From NCBI GenBank assembly GCA_002633005.1, contig NMRA01000083.1, positions 649,161 to 713,160 of the forward strand: DNA of 64,000 nucleotides, written 5' to 3'. The notes under the pieces are model-generated. The model was given only the letters and a program-made list of their open reading frames with translations, had not been told where the DNA came from and ran no database searches. The translations under genes and the position numbers were made by a program. How positions within the stretch are numbered: position 1 is the first letter of the stretch; each line of letters begins with the position of its first letter. Shown here piece after piece: positions 13,603 through 27,519 of this stretch. The DNA comes from Phoronis australis. Taxonomy: Eukaryota; Animalia; Phoronida.

Positions 13603-13650
13603 CTGGCTGCACATACAGGTCTGGGTCAGACAGAACATGAGGTCGAATAC
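13603..13650 (-). CDS. ZNF423: ZNF423-like small coding exon 4 (IRPHVLSDPDLYVQP)
   Basis: Acceptor CTTTTTACAG, donor CAG|GTGAGT, 48 nt, phase 1-1, open frame. Confidence 0.7.
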
Positions 13651-13948
13651 CTGTAAAAAGACATTACACAATGATTTAAGTCAATGTAGTTAAAACACAA
13701 GGGAGGTAATGTAAAAAACCAGAATATACGCAGGTAAAGTTTTAAAATATAGAAATATACAGTGATAATATACCGTACTCGTCCTAACAAGCGATCAGGA
13801 CGCTTAGAAAATTCGCTTCAGGAAGGGGGGCGCTTATTATAGCTCGAAAGTGGTTGAAACCCTGTCTCCGAAACAAATGAAATCGTAAACTAGAATTCAT
13901 CAAATTTAGGCTCTGTGACGCATCTGTAACCTATGACAGAGTTTCTAC

Positions 13949-14811
13949 ACAAGAGCAACGCCAAGCGTTGAAATGCGCCAACGAATATAACACAAATGGT
14001 GTGCTTTTACGGTCTCTATTTGTATCATAAAAATGGCCACTAGATGGAACAAAAATTCCAATCCAGTCTAAAACCGGAACTTGTCATTGCTTCTTTAATA
14101 GAAAGCTATTCACCAAATTTCATAAAAATTTGTCAAGGAACTTCAGAGAAACAAAGAAAAACAGAATAAAATGAAATTGCCACTAGGGGACACAGCGTTT
14201 GTTGGATCCACCTGAAAGTCGTCTGTAGTTAGCTTCATATAAATACACTTACTAAATTTAGTGATGATCCTGCAGTAGCTTTAGAAGATACAGCTACGAG
14301 CGCAAAACAAAACTACCACTAGGAGACACCACAGTAGTCAAAGTCGTCATCGTCAACCGTCCTCTTAACACTGAGAACATATACCATACATGCGCCAATT
14401 TTCAAAATCATCCTTAGAATGGTTTGATTGATGGAGGGGTGGACGCTAAAAAACAACGCTAAAAAACAGACTAAAAAACAGCAAAAATGGCCACAAGGTG
14501 GCACAAAATACCTAGATTCCATACAAAACAGGAGGATAGCATCATCAACAATAGATGCCTATACTCAAAATTTTATGAAAATCCGTTGAAGGCCTTTGAA
14601 GATACAGAGGTAAATGTAAAAAACTAAAATTGCCACTAGGGGGCACGCCGATAGTCATATCCGTCCAAAAGTCGTTGTCATCCGTTGTCAACATCATATA
14701 AATGCACTTGACAAATTTAGTAAAGATCCTGCAAACGGTTTAGGAGATACAGCCATAGGCACAAAAAAACAAAACTGCCACTAGGAGGTGTCACTGCAGT
14801 CAAAGTGGTCA
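13949..14811 (-). mobile_element. Truncated copy of the same Helentron-type family
   Basis: Same terminus ACAAGAGCAACGC-caa-GCGTTGAAATGCGCC, followed by two ~455-bp higher-order units similar to 2950-3970. Confidence 0.8.
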
Positions 14812-17396
14812 GTTTCATGAATGGATAGTTCCAAGACTAATCTTCGATGACAGGTACTTGAATGTATCGCGCGCTTCTTGGCCACGTGCTTTTAACTGAA
14901 CAAAGGTCACGTTTTTATTAGTCTTTGATTCGCAGTTTTCACGTGTACAAAAAAATTTGGATTCCTGTTGAGGGAGAAGATCTGTACGGGAAAGATACAA
15001 TACAATCCCTTTGACAAGTACGCTGCGTCTGTTCTGAAAGGCCACACCATAATACGACACGTCCCTCGCTAGATCAGCAAAACTTGCGTTTTTTTGAAGA
15101 AAGGTAGAAGTTTGAAGTGTATCATGCGACATTGCCAAAAGAAAGGTTACATTCAAAGGAAAACAGGATCGATAACATGACAAACCTCCGTATGATAGTA
15201 TACAAATGCTCAAAACAAAATCTCAAAAACTCTGTACCAGTTTTCTAAATTATTGTTTTCTTTTCATTTTGCAAAGTTTAGTACTTTTTCATAAAGAACA
15301 TAATATACATCCTACGTCATAGTTTTTTTATACCTCCTCAAGCAAAAGAGAAACATTTCCAAAACAATTCCTAACAATATTTTGGAGAACAGCTTAAAAT
15401 GCATAGAATTCAAAGGTTTCATATGAATCCAATCAGCCATTTACGAAGTTGGCCAAAATTGGAATTTTTCTAAGGTCCTAGTAACCTGGAATCAGATAAA
15501 TGTCACATCTATTCAGTTCACACTAAGTGACCATGTAGATAGGTATTTTTATCACCAAAATGGCTGTACATACATGCTGAAACAGTCCACCAATGAGTCT
15601 GAATTCAGTGATATTATTTGAAGCAGCTACAGTAATTCTCTACTTATTAAGCATACTTCACCTCATTTCGCACACCAAAAGTTATTTGTAAAAACAATAT
15701 TTTGTCCCTCACTTACTTCATACGAGGGTACTTGGTGGGAATTTCTAGCCTCACCTACTCCATACACAATCACTTTTGCACATTGGAAAATATCAAGTGC
15801 ATTACAGTACTTCCCACCTGTCAAACTGTGTTATAAGGTCTGAACATTGCATATTCACCACTTAATTTATTCATTCATATGGGATATCTCATGACCTTGC
15901 AAACATGAGGTGAAAGGGGTGATCGTTCATATGGGATATCTCATGTCCTTGCAAACATGAGGTGAAAGGGGTGACCAGCTGCACTTTCAGAAACGCTAGG
16001 ACCTAGTTAAAATCTAGTCAAAGTCACGTGTCCTCATTCAAAATAAACTACAATGTCTTACGTAATCTCTCGAAGTCTTGCTTTTTAGTGAGGTAATAGC
16101 ACTACTGAACAGGAGGCCGGATGAGTGTCGTGTCACTCAAGAGTGATACGCTTAAAAGAATGATTCACCAATGATGAAGTGAAGTATTCTAATATTGGAA
16201 CATCATAAACAAACTCAATTCTTGCTAATTAGATCACATAGGTAACCCATAAGACACATCAACTAAAAAGTCTGTTTATTTGGTGCACCCGTAGAAACAG
16301 GAAACTATGTTTTATTTTAGGCGAAATAAATAGAGAACAGCCATATACACCCACTTACCATCCAAGAAGCCAATTTTTGATTGACACAGCTATTATTAGT
16401 TGGTCCTGCATTTTGAGAATCAATTTTGTCCATTGAATAACCAGCATCAAACTGGTTCTCAAAATCGGGGACCCCCTAGAAGTGCAATAGACTTCTAGGG
16501 GTGTTTATTAATGTCGCATAATATATACCGGTAAAATTAATTTGATCAAAGCTAGAAATTGACTGGCACTGGCGCACCTTAGACACGAACTTCTTCGTCA
16601 CTCACTCTGCAAAGTCATTTTCACAATAATAACGGACAACCAGTTTCTGGACAAAAGAGGGTGCCACTATAGTCCTATATGCGATAATCCGTTTGAGTCG
16701 GAACATCACAGCCATGAACCCAAGTCAAGTTTCATCAAAATTCGTCAAGAAGATTTGAGTGCATAAAAATAAACCGTAAGAAAACCTTTCCTCATTTGAA
16801 GCAAGGTTGTCACAATTCAGCCGTTGTGCAACAAACACTTGATGAAAGTTTGTTTATTTTTAATATAAGTAATAAAACTTTTAAAACAGAAACTTTAAAG
16901 TGACTACTTTGGCCATTTTTTGTGCATAGTAACAGAATTGCCGTCCATCAAGATTCCTGATTCAGCTGGTTTGCAGAACTATTCACCTGTACACATCTTT
17001 AAAAACAATGAATCTTTAACACTATTGTTTCAAAGTAATGAATACTCTAAGTGATCATTTAATTGGACGTTTTCTTTTAAATTCACATTGAATCAAGCAC
17101 TCGCATTTACGTCACATTCACATTTCAGATCATTTGACAGGATGCTTTCTTCGTAAATTCACATTGAATCAAGATCCTGGTTTTAGGTCATATTCATGTT
17201 TCACAGATAATTTCAGAACTGGTAGTGTCGTCTCTTTGTAAGTAATACTTTAATAAACAAAATGAGTATCCATAATATTTGAAGGCAGTAGCATTTTGAC
17301 GTTTTTAGACCCGGCCTCAAATTTTTTTTTACAAATATCCCAAGCTTGCATAGACGAGATCCCTTTGAAAAGCAACTTTCTAAAGTCGTTTGCCAG

Positions 17397-17472
17397 TGGG
17401 TACTATTGTACAAAATGGGTACAATTGTACAAAATGGGTACTATAGTACAAAATGGGTACTATTGTACAAAA
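17397..17472. repeat. 19-bp tandem repeat, 4 copies
   Basis: TGGGTACTATTGTACAAAA x4. Confidence 0.9.
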
Positions 17473-18785
17473 TAACAAAACTAAACTTAAAAATTTTGGA
17501 AGAAGCATTTTTAAATGTTTTATTTTCGGCGTTTTTAGCTTATTGAATCATTAAAGTACTATTTGGTCCTGCTTTACACTATCAGTCTGATAATATTGCC
17601 AACCATAATAGTCATAAGTCATAAGTATATGCGTCATACGTAATGTTAAGGCTGGCCAATATCTAGAACTTTCAAAGCATTTTCTTGAGTTGCTGATGGC
17701 TTCCAAGTTATTGGTAAAGGAAGTAGAATCTTATCAGTTACAAATATTACGAGACCGAATTTATGAGAGTAAAAGGGCCAAGTCAGTTTTTGTTTTTCAA
17801 TAAAAAAAGACAGGACGAAATGCAGCTTATATATGACTTGAAAGTCACAATATACTATTACTGTAAACTTGCCGGTTAGCGCCCATACTCGGATAATCGC
17901 CAACCCCCAACATTTGTTGCCAATTTTTGGTTTAAGCACCCAGTGCTTGGGTAATCGCCTACCCCATCTCATGGTTTCCCAATGTAACCGTACAAGGCGT
18001 TAACCTGTGAGTTTACGGAAGAACATTAATGAACTCCCTGTACACTTTAAACTACATGGTGCTAAAACTGTTTCTGCATTTTACCTAGCAAATTGTATTT
18101 TATGGTCAATAGATGGCACTAAAGTTCGCATATCCCAAATTTTCAAAAATATGACTACACTGGCGACCATTCAAAGTATACCAAAGCAAACACTGATTTC
18201 GATACAGTTACAGTAAAGTTTTCTTAAATTTGAACAAAACTAATGGCCAAAATTGTCACGTTTTTCAATTTTCAAACCCTTACTGTATTAACTAAACTGT
18301 TCAAAATTTCATTTTGTATTTGTTGAAGACAGTCGTACTATTTGAAGTTTTGAGAGTAAAATTGCCTTCTTGTTTACTCTTGTTGAAAATGTTGTGCTCT
18401 AATTTACAGAAACTTTACCATAACCACCTTTGTTAATGGCCTCAAATCTTATTTTGTATTAAATTAAATTAAATTAGACCAAATTATTATTGCAGTGAAA
18501 TCAAAGAGTTATTTCATTTGACTCTTTAATTTTATTTTTGTCTTGACACAAAATTATCAAATTAAATTTCCTTTGAATAATTTTGTTGTATTTGAAATGA
18601 AATAAGGTTAAAACAAATGTTACAAGGATAAAATTGAACTGAACATTGATTTAATTAAATTATTTAATTAACATATGGGACTTGTACGGGATGGGTATTG
18701 ATTTTCAACTTGTGCAGTAATTGTCAAGTTTACGAGATCACCATTACAAGAAAATCGCTCTCTAGTTACTTACCTAAAGTTATTA

Positions 18786-19277
18786 GGTCCTCTCGTACTA
18801 ACCTCGACGCGTTGATGTTTAGGGGAGTTGCAGTCAGTATGAACATTTAACTTCGGTCCCGAATCGAAGTTAACAGCGCCAGTTAACTTCGCAGTAAACA
18901 CGTGAATTTAACAACAGAGTGTGGCCACTGCGGTGTATTATGAATGGTCAACTTCGGTCCCACCAAAGTTATTGCCAGGACCGGCTGTTATCGTCAACAA
19001 TAAAAAAGGCAGCGTCGTCGCTAATAGTTTCTTACATTTTGCTCAGATAATCACCAATTTATTTAGAAATAAGTTTTCTCTCATTTAGCACATCTAATTG
19101 TTCGCAAGTTGTCACATTAAAAAGTCTTAGCCTGCACACGATGCATCAGCGCTACCTTGACAACAGCGTCACCTACTGTTTACTAAGATGTTCATTCATT
19201 AACTACCAAGCCAGTATGAACAGTTCAGTTAACATCATGCTCTGCTCAGACCAGAGTTAAGTCAGTGTGAAAGGGCC
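18786..19277. mobile_element. Degenerate PIF/Harbinger-like MITE
   Basis: Ends GGTCCTCTCGTACT / AGTGTGAAAGGGCC, with an internal repeated AACTTCGGTCCC. The superfamily assignment is inference. Confidence 0.35.
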
Positions 19278-20188
19278 TATTGACAAAACTGACATGAAGA
19301 TAACAGTGTACAAGTGGAATATAAAAGCAGAATTAAACCTGTGATTAAGGTCACTTACTGTTATAAAACTGGTCTAGCCCAGTTCCTCATTCACTACAGT
19401 GAAATCCCTGGTCTAGGCAAGAACAGACAGTTCTCCAGACCAAGCTCATACAATTTCAGGTCACCCTCTAACCTGTAATTACGCAACATGAGCTTGGGCT
19501 GAAGAAATAACTGTCAGTTTTTTCCAAGCCCGACACATCTATTTTGACCAAGGAACACTTTGAGACCAATGTCATCATGGCAAGTGGTCTACACCAAAAC
19601 TATTTTTGACAGAAGCACATGATCGTCACATGATCGTACATTTTAAATAAGATGTTCCTACAACTATTTGTGTTCAACAAATCATTACGTAAAAGCTAAA
19701 TCATTGCTCTTGAAATAAACTTTTTGTTTTTATGTATTTTATATCTTTCACCGATGATTTGAGAATTGGTAGTGTTGAAGAATCTAAATTATGGACGCAG
19801 TAGTGTTTTGAAAATTTGATGTCTTTAGAACCACCCTTCATTTTTTACGAATTTTGCAGGTTCGAAAAAAGGGATCACTTACAAAGGTAATTTTCCAAAG
19901 GAGAATGCCCATGGATACTAATGTGCTAAATTAGAGCTCTCCAACTTGAAAATTGTAGGATTTTTCTATGTTTTTGGCATTTTGGGCTTCTTGATACATT
20001 GTGAGTTACTAAAGATATTACAAAAGATTTAAGTGCAATGCTAACGTGTGTATGAAAATTCAAGTTTCTAGGATTAGTAATTTAGAAGTTCTAACGCACT
20101 ACAAAACATGTTAAACAATAAGAAACTGATAAAAACCCAATATCAGTACTGTGCGCTGGTACGCACAGAGTAATAAGACTGCGGTTCA

Positions 20189-20598
20189 ACCCTTGGGGAT
20201 CGTGGACTCCCAGAGATGATCAAGCCAGTTGAATTATACTAGTTGGAATTATTATGCCCTGCAACACAAATGAGCTAAAATCCATAAATCATATCGTATG
20301 GGTCCCAGTGGAGGCTATCCGTAATACTCTCAACAAAGCTATCACGTGAAATTAAGACATACTCACTCCCAAGGCACCGATGGAAATATGAAATAGTGGA
20401 TCTCATGGGAAGGAAGTCTCGCAGGATGATCCCTGGAGACCATATTTAATACAGGCACACAGCATCCCTGGCTGCAAATTGCTCAAACACATCTCACGAG
20501 GCAAGGAAATGATATTATCATGACATCACCAAGGGAATTGACCAGCACTGAAATTGCCGTGGGGGTACACATTCACAGACAGCAAGTCTTTCTAGGGA
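20189..20598. promoter_or_regulatory. Candidate intronic enhancer: cluster of EBF/COE-like sites (TCCCNNGGGA variants)
   Basis: One-mismatch sites at 20303, 20367, 20401 and 20430. Two-mismatch sites at 20189, 20417, 20527, 20556 and 20589. Confidence 0.5.
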
Positions 20599-21655
20599 TT
20601 AGACACAAAGAGCTTAGAAAGAAAAGGTGATGAATTATTGACCATTTGAAGAATGCTAAAATGTCAGATAACACCCACTAGACTAGCAACACCGAGAATT
20701 CACTTCAACAACTGTGAAATGAAGTTTTATACCGAAACACTATTTCTTAAATTTTGTTTGAACCCCTGACAACTTATGTGTTTAGCCAAATTAACAAAAT
20801 TCAAACAAACATTTTTATTGCCCGACTAGTTTCGTACCAGATATTTGACCTCCTCAGCTAACTTGGACATCATTTTTCACAAGGCCTTAGTACGAATGAT
20901 ACAAGTGTGCCAAGCTTGTGAAATATTGTAGTCAGTCAGACAAGAAGACATCCAAAATGTGAATCTGACACTAAACACTGTTGTCCTGAACCTCATTTTG
21001 AGACATTATTTCAAGATAAATGCACTTTCAAAAACCAGGTATAACAGAAATGAATTCATTTAGTATTAGTGAAACAAACACAAGATAAAAGTGAATAGAA
21101 ATACCTTACAGATGAAAATGCACCAAATAAATGTCGACAGCCATTATTGGCATCCCTCGAGGATATTTAACAGTGTGAACATAAATCTAACAAATTACAG
21201 GCATCATTAATAAGTAATAGTAAGACTCAACAATAAGAGGGACTATGAAAAGCCAGAGTCGCTGAAGCATGACAGCCATTGTGTCAAGGTTACACACTCA
21301 AACCTAATAAAGTGCACAGCAGCAAGATCATCACAGTCTCCACAGATCATGGCAAATACGAGATTTGGTGCTTTTGAAGTTTATAGCAATATCGACCATT
21401 GTCAGATGGCCAGGGATGGGACTCTCACAGACATAATCATTACATCGGTTTCAAAATAAGACTAATAACAAGAATTTTAAACAAAAATACACTTTCCAAT
21501 AACAAAAGTACCAAAAATCGATCCGCATCAATACCAGAATTGCAAACGGCTGCAAACGGCGGCAAATGATGGCAGCATACGACTGCAGCACACGAGCACC
21601 AAACCCTAAGATGGAAATCTTCAGATGCCACACTCTTTAATTGTCATCTTTTTTA

Positions 21656-22407
21656 GACCCGTGGCTGTTGGAAACAATGGTGAAGAACTGCTCTGTATTT
21701 GAAACAGCCTTTCAGTGTCACTGAGAATCTTGTTTCACAATGAAATGCCGAACATTTATCCCACTCAATTATAAAAGCAGGTGCACTTTCTCTCAAATTC
21801 AGTACAAGAGCTGTGTGTTAGACAATGGATGAATCTACCAAATAGAATACAGTATAATCTTCTACTAAATGAATTAAAATTGAACTTACAAGTCATGAGT
21901 GTTTCAGATTAATCTTAAACAACAAAAATTACACTTCTAAGTAATTTAATTTCTGGCCTAATTGCTAATTACAGATTCATCAAATAAGTACTTCTGAGGT
22001 TGTTTCTTATTAACCATTTTAATTCAAGCCAAAACTANGACCCGTGGCTGTTGGAAACAATGGTGTATTTGAAACAGCCCTTCAGTGTCACTGAGAGTCT
22101 TGTTTCACAATGAAATGCCGAACATTTATCCCACTCAATTATAAAAGCAGGTGCACTTTCTCTCAAATTCAGTACAAGAGCTGTGTGTTAGACAATGGAT
22201 GAATCTACCAAATAGAATACAGTATAATCTTCTACTAAATGAATTAAAATTGAACTTACAAGTCATGAGTGTTTCAGATTAATCTTAAACAACAAAAATT
22301 ACACTTCTAAGTAATTTAATTTCTGGCCTAATTGCTAATTACAGATTCATCAAATAAGTACTTCTGAGGTTGTTTCTTATTAACCATTTTAATTCAAGCC
22401 AAAACTA
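21656..22407. repeat. Near-exact ~380-bp tandem duplication across a single N (probable assembly artefact)
   Basis: 21656-22037 is repeated at 22039-22407, differing by a 13-bp indel and two substitutions. N at 22038. Confidence 0.9.
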
Positions 22408-23437
22408 CAACAATAGTAAGTATTAAATAAAAGAAAATTGTATGTACGTTTTGGGTACAACATTACACCTATTTCATGCCAGTCTTAAAAGTTCTTAACA
22501 ATAAGCAACGACAGGTGCAAATCAGACTTTAAGGTGAAGGCAACCATTTTTAATGTCATTTTGGTTGAATTACAATTTTCTGGTTTTCCTAGATAAATTT
22601 TTGAATTAATTTAACTCCCCAGGGTACCAATGAGTCACTGTATGCAAGCGTCACTGAAGAAGTCACCTTCGCAGCACAAATCATTCCCAGCCAGCTTTGT
22701 TTGTGCTACGATCCATTGGATAACTACTTTTCAAAAATTGTGGCCATTATTTCCCGCAACATCCCGGGTCAATCTTCAGTTGTCACAATTTAGGTTAATT
22801 TAGTAACTTTTAATATTCTACTCACTATACTTTGCATACTTTCATTCCAATAAACTCCATTAACCTATTCCAGTATCTGAAAATTTCCCCCTCAGATGAA
22901 CATTATGTTGGCTCACTGACATTACAATAGAACCCGCTTTGGTTGATCATGGATATATTATGTCTATTTTAGCCTCTTAATTCATTTCAAAAAAAGGATG
23001 AATTTCTCAACTGAAGCTGATCCAACCTCTCAACATCATTCTTTCAAGCCGCAGCACATCCATGTACATTACTTCCACTTAGTTCAAAACGCAGCTTGGA
23101 CTCTGCATTAAATTGCTAGCCTACAACCATTTGCCAGGAATAGAAGGCAGGCACATTGAGAGAGATCTCTTATTAAACACGGCCCCTGGCTGTGAAAGTA
23201 AATTCACAGCACAAACCCACACAGCAGGTTCCCTGAGCGCCAGTGAATGCCAACCCATCAGCAGTCCCATAATTCCCAAGCCACATACTGAATAGCTTAA
23301 TTCACAGCTAGCTGCCTGCTGGGTTTTTTAACAAGATCACAGACAACAACTGAAGGACTGTTCAGTTTCCTTTGTCAGTAGTGTCAAAAGGTTTTTGCAA
23401 AAATTAGTCACATTGCATAGTTTATGCGGCAAGTAAA

Positions 23438-24373
23438 CCAACAAAAACCCATAAAGCCACACATGTCCCCTGCTGCCTTGAGACGCACGTTTTCAAGATA
23501 TGTTTTCAAGGTTAATGAACTTTTTGTGTAAAGCCAGACAAATATCTTTTGCGAACATAGCTAAAAATGATCATTCAGTAACAAACATCAAAATTTTTAA
23601 ATAAGAACATTTTTGATTGAATAATGAACTTATGTCAGCACATGATGTAACTCCAGCAATACTTGATATGACCTTGAAAAAATGACCAAAGGTCACCAAA
23701 TTTGACTAGACACTTAAGATGCCCCCACCTGCACTTGAAGAGCAAAATATGAACAAAAGTTGCTTTCTTGAGCTTTTGCGCCAACAGCATTTTCCAACTG
23801 AACTCTTAAATATCTCGTTATGACCTTGAAAACCAGCCCAAGAATGTCAAATTCGAATGGCACCTGGAGATGTCAAACTACACCTCGGTACAAAACGTAA
23901 AGCAGATAACGAGTAAACGAGGTTAAAACCGCCACATTCGCTAACACCTTTATACATAACATGAATAAAACTTGAGGCTTCCTTCTTGAGACATTGTGCC
24001 AATATTCAAGTCAAAATCTTAAAATTCTCCCTATAACCTTGAAAAAAACGTAAAGGTCGCCAAAATCAACTGCTGCCTGGAGAAGACTCAGGAACAAGCT
24101 TCCTTCATCTGATATTGTCAACAACATTTTCCAAATAAAGACTTGATTCTCGAACTGTGGCAACAGTCACCAAAATTGAGTGGCACCTGGAAATGTCCCC
24201 ACCTTAAGGCCTACACCTCGACACAAAATATGAAAAAATGTTAAGCTTCCTTCTTAAGATGACCCGCCAACAACATTGAGTGACGTGCAGACAACCAAAT
24301 GAGCATACAGACAAATGGACAGTCCTGAATACTTCTGTCCATCCCTTCGCTCTAACACATGACTGGGGACATA
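23438..24373 (-). mobile_element. Second Helentron-type non-autonomous family with internal tandem units
   Basis: Subterminal inverted repeats ATGTCCCC (23463) and GGGGACAT (24365). Repeated TGACCTTGAAA...GGCACCTGGA units and a GACA-rich tract near the right end. Confidence 0.55.
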
Positions 24374-26076
24374 CGTGACAAATCAACATTCATACTACCT
24401 TTAATGGTCTTACTTTTGCCCAAAATTTCAATTAACTCCGTTTCAGGTATCCACTAGAACAAGTGAATTTGGGAACTCAAAAATTAAGATTCGGCATTTA
24501 CCCAAATGGACGATTCGGATAAGCGCATCAAAATCAAATAAAGCATAGCACATGACTAGGGGTATTTTCTCACCCGAATAAGGCAAGGTGACGCAGAGAT
24601 TCAAAATGGGAGGTAAGCAGGTTTTGTGCATTCTGGGAGCTAAGATTGGTGCAAGACAAGCCTTTGCAAAGCACTGGGCCCTTTCATGCAAGTTTCAGGG
24701 GGTGCCGAGTGAAATTTTGCAAATTTCTCGGGTAGGCATTATTCCAAACAAGGGCTGGACGAATACAGCGATGAAAACTGGTAAAATTGGTCTCTGACGA
24801 GCTGTAATAAAATTAAATGTCTGAAAGAAAGCATTTATTAGATCTATGTTAATTGATAACACTTCTTTTGTTTTATTTGCATACTTCACGTTTAATGAAT
24901 ATATGATCAAATACCCCAGGGTACTACGCTACATGAACCTGTATCTATCATATCCCATCCTTGTCATTTTCAAGTTCAATCCACCCATCTCTGACACTGA
25001 ATGCTCCCTTCCTCATTCACCATCAGCTCCAGCCATCACAGGTCTTTCTATTAACCTTTGACCTCACGCTGTGATTGTCAATTCCCTAGTGCACTCCTGC
25101 TGGGTGCCGGTCTGACACGCAGTTTTTTCCCCTGGCTCCTGCTGACATTTGAATGAGTTGGCCTTAATTAGAGCTTGCCCCATGTTGGTAAATGCGGACT
25201 GATTACACTCACGACTGACAGGCTGCTGTGAGACCAGGCACACGGCTGACACCCAACTCAAGAGTCTATAATGCACTAGATAGGGGCTACACACAGACAA
25301 TGAGAGATTTACACAATAAACAGACCAGTGGCATGTGAGGGATTATGAGGAAATTTTGATATTTTTCGTCTTTGTGTTTATTGTTATTATCACACTTAAT
25401 TTTTCTAATATATTGATAGACATTTAGTAGACATTTGTACCAGACAATCACACTGTTTGAACATGGGAATTTGCACATCACAAATTCTCTAGTACCAACA
25501 CTGATGGCAGTTTCACATGCCAGTATTTGTCCTGTGTGCCACCACGGATTCTTAAGTAAAGCGACTACACAGCTTGCTTTGCGTGTTCTTGCATGGATTG
25601 CCAACGGAATTTTGTAATTTTGTCCCTGCAGTTCACAGAAGCACGACACGTTTGGCAAAGACACACAGTGCACCAAATTTTTACATATATAAGAACACCT
25701 TTTAGTGGCAAAGTTCTGAAAGGCAACAGGTATGTCCATACATTTGGAGAGTGCATTCATCAGAACGGCTATTCTTAACAATGGACTCTTCATAATATAC
25801 ATTGTTCTTGTATCATTTGGACAGAGTAAGAAAGTTAAACTCGCCAATGGTCAATATTTCAAACTCAATAATTGTTCATATTGATGGCTGCTGTGGTCAC
25901 AAATTATTAATACTGACCACTAGCCACTACTGTGATAATCAAGTTTTAATTCTTTTTAAAAACTTCTCAAGAACTGAAGATCTGATCGTGATTTGTTCCA
26001 GAGATCTTTCTGTTCGCAAGCCTAGACTTCACCACTGCGCCATGAGCATGTCAACGGAGCTCAGCATACCTTTTTA

Positions 26077-26406
26077 TGTTATCAACTTTCTGACAGTACG
26101 TTTGTCAATAACAAATAAAATAAATTATATTATAAGGCACTTGATGAGTGCAAAACGTTATCAATTTTTTGAAATTAAGTATTTCAATAATAAATAAAAT
26201 AAATAAGTTTAAAATATAAGGCACTTGATGAGTGCAAAATGTTATCAACTGTTTGACATCAAGTTTTTCAGTAATACATAAAATAAATAAATTTAAAATA
26301 TAAATCACTTGATGAGTGCAAAATGTTATCAACTTTCTGACATCAAGTTTTTCAATAATAAATAAAATAAATAATCTTTAAATATAAGGCACTTGATGAG
26401 TGCAAA
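26077..26406. repeat. 84-bp minisatellite, ~4 copies
   Basis: TATAAGGCACTTGATGAGTGCAAA (one copy variant) at 26131, 26215, 26299 and 26383. Confidence 0.95.
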
Positions 26407-27519
26407 CCTCCATCAAGACAATGTAGTTCCCTCCAGCACACTATTGCACAATAACGTGTCTATTGACTTTCAATACATATCATTTACCCACACTTAATTG
26501 AGCGTACTGATGCTGTTTTGATACAACCAAATGATGCTTGTCGATTATTTTGAAATAAAACGTTAGTCTCGGTCATTATGGTACTTTGTGTCTGAAAACG
26601 AACAATTGTCCGAGAGTGAAAGTCAACAATATTATTACACAAATACCAATACTTCTGTCTTCTGATTGGCTAAAACGTGGCACAATAACTTCAGTTATGT
26701 CATAATATTGACCACGCTGGCAGCGGAATATCGTTTTCAATCTTGCTGCCCGGGCATCAGATGCCGTTAATGGCAATCTGACCAATCAAACGCTACAGAA
26801 ACCATAAACCCTGACTAAGGAACAAAGCAGACGGTAGCAGAACATCAGAGACAAAGTAGCTAAGAACATATCACCCTCAATATTGGTCCACTTCTGTATT
26901 GTTATCTTATTCAAAAACTTACAATACAGCAAGCAATTTTGTCAACATTTGCCCAATTAATTTCAGCATTTGCTTGGAGAAGACTAGCTCAGATAAGAAT
27001 TCTGAGCATGGCTTCAAATAAGGACTTGTACCAGCAACACGAACGGTGTCTGTGCAGGCAAGGTGATCAGTTTGTGACATCATAATATCTGAATGCGGAA
27101 ACTGAAATGTTTCTTACATATTTCACTGCGGAATAACACACTCATTCCAAGATTTTATTCCAATGCATAAGAGACTAATATAGATCATAATGAAAAAATC
27201 ATTCCAGATTATTTTTTGCTAGTAATAATGAAAAAAAACCATTAAACTAAACAAGAAAATGTTAAGCAATTGAGTAGAATAGCAAGACACAGCATGACCA
27301 CGAGGTTAGGACTCTGCTAATTAAGTTTGTAGAGGGAAATAAAGTGACTTCAAGAGATTAGCCCAAGGAGTCGCCCGCTATTTTACCTTCGTCTATTGCT
27401 CTTTACACATGGCTAAAACTGAATTAGTAAAAATCCATTTGAATACGCATTGTTAATCGTGCGCTCTACAAAAAAGTACAATCAATGAAATACAATTGAG
27501 CACATATTGTTATTTCTGG

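Noticed and set aside
25287-26197. 186-aa and 131-aa ORFs in ZNF423 intron 3
   Set aside because: No recognisable domain or supporting splice structure, and the composition is typical of chance ORFs.
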